Below, piece by piece: positions 1 through 10,574 of a stretch of 64,000 bases of DNA (the stretch's first letter is position 1; each line of letters opens with the position of its first letter). The translations under genes and the position numbers were made by a program. Below the pieces are notes generated by a model. That model saw only the letters and a list, made by a program, of their open reading frames with translations, did no database searches and was not told the origin of the DNA. Source of the DNA: Candidatus Bathyarchaeota archaeon. GTDB lineage: Archaea; Thermoproteota; Bathyarchaeia; Bathyarchaeales; Bathycorpusculaceae. The DNA is taken from contig OY970340.1 in NCBI GenBank assembly GCA_963717465.1, forward strand, positions 1,824,001-1,888,000, written 5' to 3'.

Positions 1-366
1 ATGTTCCACGGCGAATTATTCGAGATTAGTATGGCGCGTAAAATAAGACCAGACCCAATTGTACAGATTCATCCAATGGCTGCTAGACAGCTTGGCATAG
101 CAGAGCACGACTGGGTTTGGATTGAGACACCAACAGGAAAAATCAGGATGAGAGCTAAACACTACGAAGGTCTTGATCCGAAAGTAATTGCATGTGAACA
201 CGGCTGGTGGTTCCCAGAGGAATCAGGTGAACTTCCTAATCTATTCGGCGTCTCCAGATCAAACGCAAGCGTTCTTGTAGATGATGACCCATTGCATTGT
301 GACCCAGCAACATCAGTATGGGCAAATAAAGCGATGCTTTGCAAGGTATACAAAGCACCATTTTAG
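1..366 (+). CDS. Molybdopterin-dependent oxidoreductase (DMSO reductase family), C-terminal dinucleotide-binding domain; 5'-partial
   Basis: IHPxxAxxLGIxxxDWVWIETPxG and EHGWWFPE motifs; C-terminal LCKVYKA; ORF runs in from the window edge. Confidence 0.88.
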   Translation: MFHGELFEISMARKIRPDPIVQIHPMAARQLGIAEHDWVWIETPTGKIRMRAKHYEGLDPKVIACEHGWWFPEESGELPNLFGVSRSNASVLVDDDPLHCDPATSVWANKAMLCKVYKAPF

Positions 367-457
367 ACAAAGAAGGCCCAATATCCCCCATTTTCTTTTG
401 TTTCAAATAAAGAATGATTCCGTAAAAAGAATTAGGTGTAACGGTAGGTGATAAGAC

Positions 458-799
458 ATGTCAGAAAAAGAAAAAAAAGCAGAAGAAGTTGCAAATGAAT
501 TCAGTGCCAAACTTGCTAAACAAACTGAAAAACTCAAAGGCTGGGGCAAAGCAGTCCAGATCGACTTCACTGACGTAGGTGTTTCGTACTGGTATAAATT
601 TGGCATGGATGGCAAAGTTGAAAAAAGAGAGAAAGCTGACAAGAGAAAAGAAGCCGAAGGAGTAATCAAGGCAACAACAGACATATTTAGAGATTTGATG
701 AATAATAAAATTAACCCGATGACTGCAATTATGAAAGGCACTATAAAAGTTGAAGGAAGCGCGAATGCCATAATGAAAGTCGGCAAAACTCTAAGTTAG
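458..799 (+). CDS. SCP2 (sterol carrier protein-2) lipid-binding domain protein
   Basis: C-terminal INPMTAIMKGTIKVEG matches the SCP2 signature; 113 aa; AGGTGA RBS upstream. Confidence 0.85.
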   Translation: MSEKEKKAEEVANEFSAKLAKQTEKLKGWGKAVQIDFTDVGVSYWYKFGMDGKVEKREKADKRKEAEGVIKATTDIFRDLMNNKINPMTAIMKGTIKVEGSANAIMKVGKTLS

Positions 800-1122
800 C
801 TTGAAACAACATCACTTTTTTTTCTCATTTGAATAACTCACACTCTCGTCTTAATTGCATAAAGCATTGCAGAACAAGTAAATGGACGTAACTTTGAAAC
901 CCCGGGCAAAAAGATAATTTCCTTTGGCATTCTTATTTTTGTCGCATCCTTAGGCAATAGATTTCTCTCCTAAAAACCAAATTGCTTTTCATCAGTGAAT
1001 GCATTCTGCTAGAAAATTAAAGGTCTCATCAAACAAGCGTGTGCGATAGAAAAACCGATTACTGCTTATATTTCTGATCAACTTGCAGTCTAACTTTCAT
1101 CAACATTTGAATCAATTTGAGA

Positions 1123-1464
1123 TCAAGGAGCCTTAATGAAATGCTGTACTTTTGCTCCCTCATTGGTCGCCACTCTGACGAAATATGTTTTACCGCTAAT
1201 CCAATCAAAAGTAGTTGTGCCACTAGAAACTGCATTTGGTGCAATTGATGATGAATTCCAAACAACATCAGCACCAATGTCGTCGAAAGTAGTTGATTCG
1301 CGTATGAAAACCTTGGACAACAAAGAACCAGCAACTGGACCCGTATTCTTTACACTAAACTTAAATTGTTTAGGAGAGCCTTCCGTGACAACAGCTTCTA
1401 AAGTCTCAAACACCAGAATGGGTTCTTTTCTCGTAGCCTGAATGCGGTTAAAACACAAATCCAA
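1123..1464 (-). CDS. Archaeal pilin-like C-terminal domain, apparently lacking the N-terminal signal helix (possibly truncated)
   Basis: VKNTG and W.SG.TY.V.VAT.EG pattern resembling TACK pilin-like proteins; no hydrophobic N-terminal helix found upstream. Confidence 0.45.
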   Translation of the reverse strand: MDLCFNRIQATRKEPILVFETLEAVVTEGSPKQFKFSVKNTGPVAGSLLSKVFIRESTTFDDIGADVVWNSSSIAPNAVSSGTTTFDWISGKTYFVRVATNEGAKVQHFIKAP

Positions 1465-1583
1465 CCACCTGTTATATCTCTCATTTCCCCCCCATTTTTA
1501 AGGGTAAGCGGTGGGATTTCCATCCGCAATACGAAGGATTTTAATGTAACCTGAGGTTATTTGAATGAAGGAGACTGCACAGA

Positions 1584-2411
1584 ATGATTTGGGAAGCTGT
1601 GCAAGATGAGGATGTCGATAATCTAATTAAAGCTGGACTTACATCGGGTCAAGCTAAGGTATACCTTGCACTAGTTCTATTGCAGAAAGCAACAATTTCA
1701 GAAATATCGAAAAAGGCGAAAGTAGATAGGGCTGACACGTATCGCTTAGTAACCGAGCTTGAAGAAATAGGATTAGTTGAAAGAATAATAGCCAAACCGA
1801 ATTTTTTAGTTGCTGTTCCTATAAAAGATGGGCTATCAACTTTGCTCGATAACAAAAAAAAGGAATACACCGAAATGAGCAATGCTGTGAGCGAATTACA
1901 GCAAAAGTTCAAAGCAATTGTGGATAAAAATAGAGATGGGAAAATAAGCCAATATATTCTGATTCCTCAAGGAAACCAAATTATTCGCAGGTTAAGAGAA
2001 ATAGTTGAGAAATGTCAGAAAAATATATGTTGTACTGTTACATGGAAAGAGTTCTCGAAGAATAACGCGCTTCATTTAGTTCTGGCTCTAGATATTGAGA
2101 GGGCAATGAAGCGAGGGATAAAGTTTCAATTTTTGGTTAATGAAAATAGTAAGTCATCATGGCCAAAGAGTACTAAAAGGTTAGCAAAAAATCCAAACTT
2201 TGAGATCCGAACCTTGTCTGCTGTGCCTTTCATGTTTGCAATGTGCGATAGTAGCGAAATCTATATACCTCAAACTCAAGGGGGACTTCAAGAATATCCT
2301 GCGCTTTGGTCAAATAACCCTATAATCGCAGGGCTTGCTAAAAGCTACTTTGATAAACTTTGGAATGAGGGTACCCCTGCTGATTTACGTTCTAAAACTG
2401 GCTCCAAATGA
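1584..2411 (+). CDS. TrmB-family transcriptional regulator
   Basis: GLTxxQAKVYLAL and VDRADTYR wHTH N-terminus; C-terminal YFDKLW effector domain. Confidence 0.9.
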   Translation: MIWEAVQDEDVDNLIKAGLTSGQAKVYLALVLLQKATISEISKKAKVDRADTYRLVTELEEIGLVERIIAKPNFLVAVPIKDGLSTLLDNKKKEYTEMSNAVSELQQKFKAIVDKNRDGKISQYILIPQGNQIIRRLREIVEKCQKNICCTVTWKEFSKNNALHLVLALDIERAMKRGIKFQFLVNENSKSSWPKSTKRLAKNPNFEIRTLSAVPFMFAMCDSSEIYIPQTQGGLQEYPALWSNNPIIAGLAKSYFDKLWNEGTPADLRSKTGSK

Positions 2412-2544
2412 GCTCGAAGCGCATGCGAGATGTAACCGTGAATCCTCTTTTTTCAAGTTATAATTTATAAAATTTTAGGTGCGCTTGGCTATGGGAAAAA
2501 TGAGATATATCTAATATTGGTTTCGAAATAATAAGTACAATTAT

Positions 2545-2799
2545 TTGAAGAAATTAACCTCAATTCTTTTCACTAGGGTTCCATTGCCAGGTTACACTAA
2601 AACACGGCTTGCACTAAAAGAAGAAGGTGGATTTCTTACACCTGAAGAAGCTGCAACATTCTACAAGGCTTCGTTGATAGATACAATTGAAGTCATTTTG
2701 AAAGCAAAATCATTCAAAGAAGAAAAATCCAACTTGGAAAACAAACTGTTTATTGCTTATGAACCAAAAGAACAAGAAGAAAAACTTGGAATTGCTTGA
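2545..2799 (+). pseudogene. DUF2064 (CofC-like glycosyltransferase-fold) N-terminal fragment, truncated
   Basis: LFTRxPxPGxTKTRL and TPEEAAxFY motifs; only 84 aa with no continuation seen. Confidence 0.7.
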
Positions 2800-2805
2800 A
2801 AAATT

Positions 2806-2948
2806 GGATCTGCGCCTATGTGAAGTCTGCTAATTAACCTTTCCTTCCTAAGCGCCCATGGCAGGGCTTCTTCAGACATCAGACATTCGGCTCAAAAGAA
2901 ACTCACCGCCTGAGCGTTTAAGTTTAGCGTTTGTCTGATGGTTTTTTT
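2806..2948. ncRNA. Candidate structured RNA or non-autonomous element
   Basis: GC-richer non-coding patch with perfect 9-bp stem CATCAGACA(2877-2885)/TGTCTGATG(2932-2940) followed by a T-run, plus further stems. Confidence 0.35.
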
Positions 2949-3073
2949 ACTTAATACTTCAACTCTTGCCAAAATATATTTAATAATATCCGCTTATGCG
3001 TTATTTATAGGTCTTAAAACAATTTTTCCATCCATCGCTTTTATTTTGCTTCAAAAAATTTTTTGTTTTTTAG

Positions 3074-3241
3074 TTATCTTTTTTCTTGCGGGTTGTGGTT
3101 TTTTTCTTCTTGTTGTTTTAGTTGGTATACTGCGTATTCTATGGCGTGGCTTACGTCTTTGAAGCGTTTTTGTTGTATTTGTTTGGCGATCCAGTTCATT
3201 AGTTCTTTGTCGATGCTTATTGATCTTCGGATTTTGGGCAT
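3074..3241 (-). CDS. Ribbon-helix-helix (CopG/Arc-type) DNA-binding protein, 55 aa; not in the ORF track
   Basis: Manual translation MPKIRRSISIDKELMNWIAKQIQQKRFKDVSHAIEYAVYQLKQQEEKNHNPQEKR; alternating beta-strand then two helices with SHAIEYA. Confidence 0.85.
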   Translation of the reverse strand: MPKIRRSISIDKELMNWIAKQIQQKRFKDVSHAIEYAVYQLKQQEEKNHNPQEKR

Positions 3242-3501
3242 GTACCATGCAGTTTACGTTTAAATTATTTATGTTTATTGTAAAATAATATGCGAAAGTA
3301 TTATAAGAGGTTATGTTGTAACACTAGTTAAATGAGAACAGCCAAGCGATTGTATGTAGATGTTACGGCCAAACCACACGTGGAACGCCAAAAAATATTC
3401 AGAATGAACATGCAACAGATCGGTTTCGAAAAATTTATAAAAATCAATAATACCGATGCGAGAAAAGAAACGACATTTTACGTTTTTTGTTACAGCAAAG
3501 A

Positions 3502-4089
3502 TTAAACTTGTAAAGACGCTTTATTAAAGAAGAAAATGCCATATCTCTTAACAGGCACCATTTTTTCAAGCTTAAACTTGCCCTTCTCTACTTCTGCTGT
3601 TATCGCTTGAGGATTTTGAATAGGCGCTCCTGGCAATACTCCTTTTCTTACAACTTCAACTATTACCAGTTTGCCCTCAGCCTTCAAAACCCTGCCAAAT
3701 TCCCTCAGAACCACTTGTTTATCGCCAACTTCATGAAAAACTGTAACAAGAAAGATCATATCAACAGTCCCATCTTCAACTTGAAGACTTTTCCCATCAC
3801 TTTGAACAAATTTAATATTCTTAATAGCAGATTTTTCAGCTTTCGTTTGTGCCTTCTTAAGCATTTCAGACGAAAGATCAACTGCCATCACTGACTTGGT
3901 TTTCCTTGCAAGCTCTATAGTGTAATAGCCTGGTCCACAACCGAAATCCATAACTACATCTGTCTGGTGGATACCCAGTTTCTCTATTAATTCGAAAGGC
4001 GGTTGAAGCCAACGTCTTATAGCATTATCCAAGAGCCAGGCACCTGACGCTGGATACGCGTGTTCCTCATGTGGCATAAATATTCCCAA
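3502..4089 (-). CDS. Class I SAM-dependent methyltransferase
   Basis: MDFGCGPG motif I; VFHEV and RVLKxxG motifs. Confidence 0.9.
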   Translation of the reverse strand: MGIFMPHEEHAYPASGAWLLDNAIRRWLQPPFELIEKLGIHQTDVVMDFGCGPGYYTIELARKTKSVMAVDLSSEMLKKAQTKAEKSAIKNIKFVQSDGKSLQVEDGTVDMIFLVTVFHEVGDKQVVLREFGRVLKAEGKLVIVEVVRKGVLPGAPIQNPQAITAEVEKGKFKLEKMVPVKRYGIFFFNKASLQV

Positions 4090-4214
4090 ATTAACCTAAT
4101 TCAACTAACAAAGCTTATACTGCTTCGTATTTAAGTATTAAGCCGTGATTGACGAAGATAGTAAAATATAGAAACTAAATAGAAACACGAAAAAACAAGT
4201 GAAATAATATAAAT

Positions 4215-5201
4215 TTGGAATTCACAAGTTTATTAAAGGTAGAAGAGAAGGACTCGATTGTGGAAGAGCAAGAAAAAATCCAAATAGCAACGCTTAGTCA
4301 GCAAATTGCGAAGAATAAGGATGAAATCGTGAAAATAGAGGCTGAATCTAAAAAGAACGTTGAAGCAAGAGATCAACTTAACATTAAGGTAAAGGATGCT
4401 TGGCAAGAAATCCAAAAAATGAAAGAGCAACGAGACAGCATTAACGAGAAAGTCAAATCATTAAAAGAACAAAGAGAAGGCATGCGAACAAAAAATGTCG
4501 AGGTCTCAAGCAAGATAACTGAAAGAAAAGAAAAAGTGACTGAGCTACAATCTAAATTGCCTCGGGTTAGTCAACATGAACTTCAAGAGGAGCTCGACGC
4601 TATTGAATGGAAAATCCAGACTACGTCGCTTGACCTGCAAGAAGAGAAGCGCCTAATTGAAAGAGTGAAACAGCTTGAAATCCTCCTCAGTGGATATAAG
4701 AAAATCGATAAGCAATACCAGAAAATTAAGGAGCTTCAAAATGAACGCAAACCCTTCCAGACAAGTGCAGATTCACTTCATCAAGAACTAACCGAGCTTG
4801 CCAAAAAAAGCCAAGAACTACATTTAGAAATCATTAGTAAAATCGAGCAAGCAAAGAAAGATAAAGCGGAAGCCGATAATCATCATGAAGCTTATATTCA
4901 AGGAAAAGAGCAAACAAACCAGTTGCTTGTAGAAATAGCAGTATTAACTGGACAAATAAAAGGCTTAAAAACCTCGATCATCGAACGAAATAATAAAATC
5001 AGAGAAAAGAACCAAGCGGAAAAAGCGATTGCACAAGCAAAAATGACCGAGGAGAAAACCAAAAAGAAACTTAACAACGAGAATCTTAGGGAAACACTTA
5101 GCTCTCAAGCCAAAGATAAGCTTCAACGTGGAGAAAAACTAAGCTGGAATGAGTTTCAACTTCTTGATGACCAGACTGAAGATGACCCGGATCAAGAATA
5201 G
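4215..5201 (+). CDS. Archaeal long coiled-coil protein (COG1340-like)
   Basis: Heptad-rich; IEWKIQTTSL and KLQRGEKLS motifs; usual neighbour of DUF373. Confidence 0.8.
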   Translation: MEFTSLLKVEEKDSIVEEQEKIQIATLSQQIAKNKDEIVKIEAESKKNVEARDQLNIKVKDAWQEIQKMKEQRDSINEKVKSLKEQREGMRTKNVEVSSKITERKEKVTELQSKLPRVSQHELQEELDAIEWKIQTTSLDLQEEKRLIERVKQLEILLSGYKKIDKQYQKIKELQNERKPFQTSADSLHQELTELAKKSQELHLEIISKIEQAKKDKAEADNHHEAYIQGKEQTNQLLVEIAVLTGQIKGLKTSIIERNNKIREKNQAEKAIAQAKMTEEKTKKKLNNENLRETLSSQAKDKLQRGEKLSWNEFQLLDDQTEDDPDQE

Positions 5202-5245
5202 TAAAGTTAAATTTAACGCACCAAGAAAAAGAGTAGAAATAAAAC

Positions 5246-6512
5246 ATGGCAGAAACAGAAACGCCGCAAGCAACCAACGGAAAAACGCATTTTAATTCTG
5301 TGCGTAGATAGAGATGGCGATTTAGAATTAAAGACTAAGATTAAGACGCCTCTTTTAGGAAGAACTGCAAATTTGGATGCTGCCGTTTCATTAGCTTTAA
5401 ATGACCCTGAAGAAGCTGACGCTAACGCCATGTTTGAAGCTATTCGCCTTTATGATCGACTTCAAAACGAGAAACAGCCTGAAGAAATGTTTGAAGTAGC
5501 GACTATTTCAGGTTCAGAGTTGGGTGGAGTAAGCGCTGACAGGAAACTTGTTGCGGAACTAGGCAATTTACTGGACACTTACAATGCGCACGAAGTTATC
5601 TTGGTGTCTGATGGATATTCTGATGAGGCAATTCTGCCACTAGTACAATCTAGGGTTCCCGTTTCATCAATTAGACGAATAGTAATTAAACACAGTGAAT
5701 CCATCGAGGAAACAGCCGCACTCTTTTCAAAATACTCCCGTTTACTTTTAGAAAATCCTCGTTACTCACGCATTACGCTAGGAGTACCTGGAATCTTGGT
5801 TTTAATTTTTGGAATATTTTGGGCCATGAACTTCTTCATTCCCGGAGCAATCTACTATTACGGCATCGCCATCGTAATTGTTTTAGGCGGCTTACTGCTC
5901 ATAAAAGGTTTCGGCATTGATAAAGCCTTAAAGGACGTATACCATTGGGCTAAGGAATACTCGCCTCCGCCTCTTCCCATGCAAATCGCAAGCTTTACCC
6001 TTTTCGCTGGAATACTCTGTATAGCAGTAAGCATCTTTTTAGGAGCGCAAAATGTAAGCGTTAATGTCTACCCCTTTCCTTCAAACGCACTGAGCAACGT
6101 CAGTGATGTTGGAACTATCATTGGATACTTCATCGAAGGTATGATTAACTTAGCAATTATTGGAGTAGCTCTCATATTTGTCGGACGAAGCATAAGATGG
6201 TACATTGAAAGAGACGCTCGTTTACTTAGAAACGTCGCGTTTATAGTACTTGTAGTTTGGTGCAGATGGATTCTTTATGAAACTGCAAACTTGCTAATCA
6301 ATCCGGAGGCACCTTTTTCAAACTTTATCTTCTCAATAATTATAGGTATACTTATTGGCATAGCATCTGTCTTGATAATTTACGTGGTTCATAAGTCAAA
6401 CAAGGATTTCTTTATCAAGTCAGAGGAAAAGCCAAAAGAGGAAAAGCCGAAAACTCAACATTTCAAAAGAAATCGAGTTGATGATATTAAAAATGATCGG
6501 GGTAAGCTTTAA
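5246..6512 (+). CDS. DUF373 family membrane protein (frameshift near the 5' end)
   Basis: ILILCVDRDGDL upstream of the tracked start; DPEEADAN and VSDGxSDE motifs; ATG at 5246 is out of frame. Confidence 0.88.
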
Positions 6513-6590
6513 TTGATGCAATTAAACTTTTTACTTTTTGAACAAAATCGCACTAATTCATGCAGGTTATCCTAAGAGGTTTGTACTGTA

Positions 6591-7391
6591 GTGTCAAAGA
6601 ACTCTCTTTCGCTAAAGAACTTTCTTTCAGTAATCGGTGCCTACAAGTTTTATGAAAGATGGCTATGGATGCAGGTTAAAAATGGGGCAAAAGTTGAACA
6701 CATAGCGATAATCTTGGATGGAAATAGAAGATGGGCTTCAGCAAAAGAACTTAATCCATGGCTAGGGCACAAGAAGGGTGCCGATACAGTTGAACAACTT
6801 TTAGAATGGTGCGATAAGCTTAGTGTAAAATATATCACTCTTTATACGTTTTCAACTGAGAATTTTACTCGCAAACCAGCCGAGATAATTGAGATAATGA
6901 AAATAACTGAAGAAAAATTTCGTAAATTACTCGCTGACCCGCGCATCCATCGTAACCAAATTAACGTTAGAGTTATCGGTAGAACAAGTCTTCTTCCTGA
7001 AAGCCTTCAACAAGTAATCAGTGAACTAGAAAAAGTCACAGCTGGATACAGCAATCAATTCTTAAATTTTGCTGTAGCATACGGAGGAAGAGCAGAAATT
7101 GTTGATGTCACGAAAACGATTGCGAAAAAAGTGAAAGAAGGCAAACTGGACTTAGAAGACATTGACGAGAAAACAATTGAGAAATACCTGTATACTTCCC
7201 ACATGACTAAACAAGACCCCGACCTGATCATTAGAACCTCAGGCGAAGAAAGGCTAAGCGGTTTTCTTCTCTGGCAATCAGCCTATAGTGAACTTGCATT
7301 CTTAGACGTTTATTGGCCTGACTTTCGATTCATTGATCTATTAAGGGCAATTCGAACATTTCAGAAGCGAAAACGCCGTTTCGGCGGCTAA
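6591..7391 (+). CDS. uppS: cis-prenyltransferase (polyprenyl diphosphate synthase)
   Basis: HIAIILDGNRRWA, FSTENF and DLIIRTSGEERLSGFLLWQ motifs. Confidence 0.97.
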   Translation: MSKNSLSLKNFLSVIGAYKFYERWLWMQVKNGAKVEHIAIILDGNRRWASAKELNPWLGHKKGADTVEQLLEWCDKLSVKYITLYTFSTENFTRKPAEIIEIMKITEEKFRKLLADPRIHRNQINVRVIGRTSLLPESLQQVISELEKVTAGYSNQFLNFAVAYGGRAEIVDVTKTIAKKVKEGKLDLEDIDEKTIEKYLYTSHMTKQDPDLIIRTSGEERLSGFLLWQSAYSELAFLDVYWPDFRFIDLLRAIRTFQKRKRRFGG

Positions 7392-8615
7392 TTAAGCCCG
7401 TTTTTTAGCGCTTACAATTGAAATAACTTCTCTATCCCTAAGCTTTGCGTCTTCACCAATCCTTCTTTTGTCACGGGCATCCACAGCATAAAGGAAACTT
7501 TCACCAAGCTCAGTGTGGATCAAGTACGCGAATTGATGCGCCGTAATGCCGTTAGGCACAAGATACACGTCAGGTAGCACCATGCCATCATGATTAGAAA
7601 GATGTTCTAAATCTTCAACAGGATAAACAGTAATCATATCTAACAGCTTGAAGTAAGCCGTGTTAATCGCTTCTTGAACTCCAGTTGAACCATTAACGGC
7701 AAGAATTTTTTCTCGTACCGCTTCCAATGCTTTCAGTTGACCCGAAGTCAGTTTTTGCGGCTCAGTAACGTTGAAGGTTGAGTCGCCTGGCTTGTAATCG
7801 ATTAATTGCTTTTCCGCTGCACGCCTAAGAACAAGTTCAGCTTCAGCAGAGCAAGCAATAACAGTGTAATCAAGTTTTTTAAGCCTTTCAAGATTGGTTT
7901 TCGCCGCTGGCAAATCAATTTTGTTTGCAACAATCAGCATAGGCTTGGAGATTTTTCTAATTGTATCCACGAAATTGTAGAAGTCTTCTTCACTCCAAGT
8001 GCTCGGTTTATCAGCATTTAAATTAGTCTTTTTAGTTGCTTCAAAAATGTGGCTACGTCTTATTCCTAAACCAGTTAAGTGTTCTTCAAGAGGTCCAAAA
8101 ATACCCTTCTTGTCAGCTTCAGCAGTTCGAGCAATTCTGGGCCAATCTCTTTTTATTAGCGAAACTATCCACATGGTTATTTCTCGCTCTAAGAATTTTA
8201 CATCTTCAATTGGGTCATGTTCCCCAGGTTTGCATGTTCGCCCCTCGCAATCTGTGCCCCCTGAAGCGTCAACAATGTGGATAAGTGCGTCAGCTCTTCG
8301 AATTTCATCTAGAAACTGATTTCCCAAGCCACGTCCTTCCCAAGCGCCAGGAACCAAGCCAGCGACATCGATGAGTTCGATTGGGACTAATCGGACACCA
8401 TTTAAGCAAACGGAGTTTTTCGGGTTATCTTTTACTTTAAATTCTTCATGAACGCATTGCGTCCTAACGTAACCGACCCCACGGTTCGGCTTTATGGTTG
8501 TAAATGGATAGTTGGCTATTTCAGCTGGCGCTAAGGTTGCTGCACTGAAAAACGTTGATTTTCCAGTGTTAGGTTTTCCAATTACGCCCAGCAATCGTGA
8601 GTACGATCTTTGCAT
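7392..8615 (-). CDS. ychF: Obg-family redox-regulated ATPase YchF (archaeal type)
   Basis: GKPNTGKST, ANYPFTT, DVAGLVPGA and NKID motifs; C-terminal TGS domain. Confidence 0.95.
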   Translation of the reverse strand: MQRSYSRLLGVIGKPNTGKSTFFSAATLAPAEIANYPFTTIKPNRGVGYVRTQCVHEEFKVKDNPKNSVCLNGVRLVPIELIDVAGLVPGAWEGRGLGNQFLDEIRRADALIHIVDASGGTDCEGRTCKPGEHDPIEDVKFLEREITMWIVSLIKRDWPRIARTAEADKKGIFGPLEEHLTGLGIRRSHIFEATKKTNLNADKPSTWSEEDFYNFVDTIRKISKPMLIVANKIDLPAAKTNLERLKKLDYTVIACSAEAELVLRRAAEKQLIDYKPGDSTFNVTEPQKLTSGQLKALEAVREKILAVNGSTGVQEAINTAYFKLLDMITVYPVEDLEHLSNHDGMVLPDVYLVPNGITAHQFAYLIHTELGESFLYAVDARDKRRIGEDAKLRDREVISIVSAKKRA

Positions 8616-8724
8616 TATTTTTCACGCAACTATTGTTTGCTGAAAAAAGACTATATTTTTTGTGCTTATAAAATGATGTATTTTTAAATGTCATATGCTA
8701 AGTTTACTGAACGTGAATTAAATC

Positions 8725-9981
8725 ATGGCTAACTTAGCTTGGCGCCGAACAACTCTATCAAATGGTTTAACAGTGTTAAAATTTCCTAAGCCATCTGACA
8801 ATACAGCTCAAATGTCAGTCGTCGTAAAATACGGTTCCAACAATGAAACTCAAAAAACTGTGGGAACCGCTCATTTCATCGAGCATATGCTTGCCGGCGG
8901 CTCAACAGAACGAATCAACCTATCGCGCAGTATAGAAGGCGATGGTGGAGTTATTGATTTTTACACTGACCACGAGTACACTATGAGCATGGCAGATGTG
9001 CTTCCTGAAAATTTAGCAAAGGCATCCGACATACTTTATGCGTTGCTTTTGGGTAAATTTCCATTTGAAAAGGAAAAATTCGCCGCTGAAGCGCAAATAA
9101 TCCTCAATGAACTCGCTGAAATGTCTGATGATCCTGCGCAAAAGGTTAACGAGTTATTCCTCAATTGCCTTTATAGAGATCACCCTTTAAAATGGCCCGT
9201 CGGGGGCTATCCTAAAAACATCCGAAGTTTAACTATCGAGCAACTTGAAAAGACTTATCAACAACAGTATACTCCACAAAACGCTTTACTGATTTTCACG
9301 GGAAACGTATCTGATTCAGATATTGAAAAAGCAACTAGAACTTTTGAAGCGGAAAGGAATACCATGCCTAACATTGCACATCCCAAAAGAAACCATTCAG
9401 AAACGGAAAGCAAGAAGCCAGCAACTGAAGTGAGACGGAAAAAAGCAGGCATTTCTCAAACTTACCTTAGCGTTGGAGCAAAAACTGTTCCCTCCAAAAA
9501 TCCTGGTGCCCCCACGCTTGATTTACTGAGCATCCTAATGGGGAATGGTGCAAGTTCACGTCTTTTCATTTCTTTGCGAGAAGAAAATGCATTAACTTAC
9601 GATATAAGCTCGGTTCACAGTAAAGGGTTAGACTTTGGTTATTTCAGCGTTGATTGTGCAATTAAGAATAAGAATGTTGTAAAGGCTAAGACACTTATTT
9701 TGAAAGAATTTGAAAAGTTGCGGTCACAAATGATTAGTGATGAGGAACTAATAAAAGCAAAGAATATGATGTTGGGTGGAATACTTAGAGAAATTGACGA
9801 TCCAGAACAGTGTCATGATATAATTACTTTCATGGAAATGCAGTTCCAAAAAGAAACGGCGCTTGCCGATTATTGCGAAAAAATCAAATCAGTTTCCGCC
9901 AGGGATATTTTGGATGCTGCAAACCGATATTTCAAGGAAGATGCTTTTTCAACTGCAATTTTAGCTCCCAAAAACGAATAG
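8725..9981 (+). CDS. M16 family zinc peptidase
   Basis: Inverted zincin HFIEH; SSRLF motif. Confidence 0.93.
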   Translation: MANLAWRRTTLSNGLTVLKFPKPSDNTAQMSVVVKYGSNNETQKTVGTAHFIEHMLAGGSTERINLSRSIEGDGGVIDFYTDHEYTMSMADVLPENLAKASDILYALLLGKFPFEKEKFAAEAQIILNELAEMSDDPAQKVNELFLNCLYRDHPLKWPVGGYPKNIRSLTIEQLEKTYQQQYTPQNALLIFTGNVSDSDIEKATRTFEAERNTMPNIAHPKRNHSETESKKPATEVRRKKAGISQTYLSVGAKTVPSKNPGAPTLDLLSILMGNGASSRLFISLREENALTYDISSVHSKGLDFGYFSVDCAIKNKNVVKAKTLILKEFEKLRSQMISDEELIKAKNMMLGGILREIDDPEQCHDIITFMEMQFQKETALADYCEKIKSVSARDILDAANRYFKEDAFSTAILAPKNE

Positions 9982-10574
9982 CAAAATGCCTTTTTATCAA
10001 ATTGGGTTACAAAGTTTTTAGAATTAGCTTCTTTTACATCTTTCAAAAGCTCAAAAAACAAAATAAGAATCGTAAAAAAATATTCTTGTGGTCATCTTTC
10101 AAGCACTTGTTAAGTGCCCACAGGTATTAAGGGTATCCACGAGTTTTTTAGTGTGCCCGCAGTTAGTGCAATAAACTGAAACAGCTGTCCGTTCTTATTC
10201 ACTAAAAGGGTTTACGTGTTACCGCATTTCTCACAATCATATTGGCGGTGTCTAATCGAAATGATTTTTCTGGGTCATTAAAAAAAGAACATGACTGTTT
10301 TGTTTAAAAGCTTTGTTCTCCATCACCGATTAGAAGACTGGTGAAAAATCAGACAAACTCCATTTGGTGTCGTGTTTGGAAACAATGAAATGCCTTGGCT
10401 AGTATGTTAAGGTATTTTCTACCAAAAGACCGTTAGACCATTCAGTTGGAAATTAGCAAGTAGAGTTTTCATAAAGCTAATGTTATTTGATTTGAAAGAA
10501 CATAAAACCTCGGATTACTCCCAAATTATAACCTCCTTATTATTCTGTTTAATTGTCGTTAAAAAAAGCTTATA

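Noticed and set aside
2806..2948. Firm call as hammerhead ribozyme, glycine riboswitch or c-di-AMP riboswitch
   Set aside because: Only isolated words match; required cores (stem II directly followed by GAAA, or GGAGAG) are missing
2938..3263. Tracked ORFs 2938..3162, 3051..3248 and 3063..3263
   Set aside because: Shadows of the RHH gene at 3074..3241 in T-rich DNA
4215..5201. SMC or cytoskeletal protein
   Set aside because: No ATPase head or hinge; fits the common archaeal coiled-coil protein found next to DUF373
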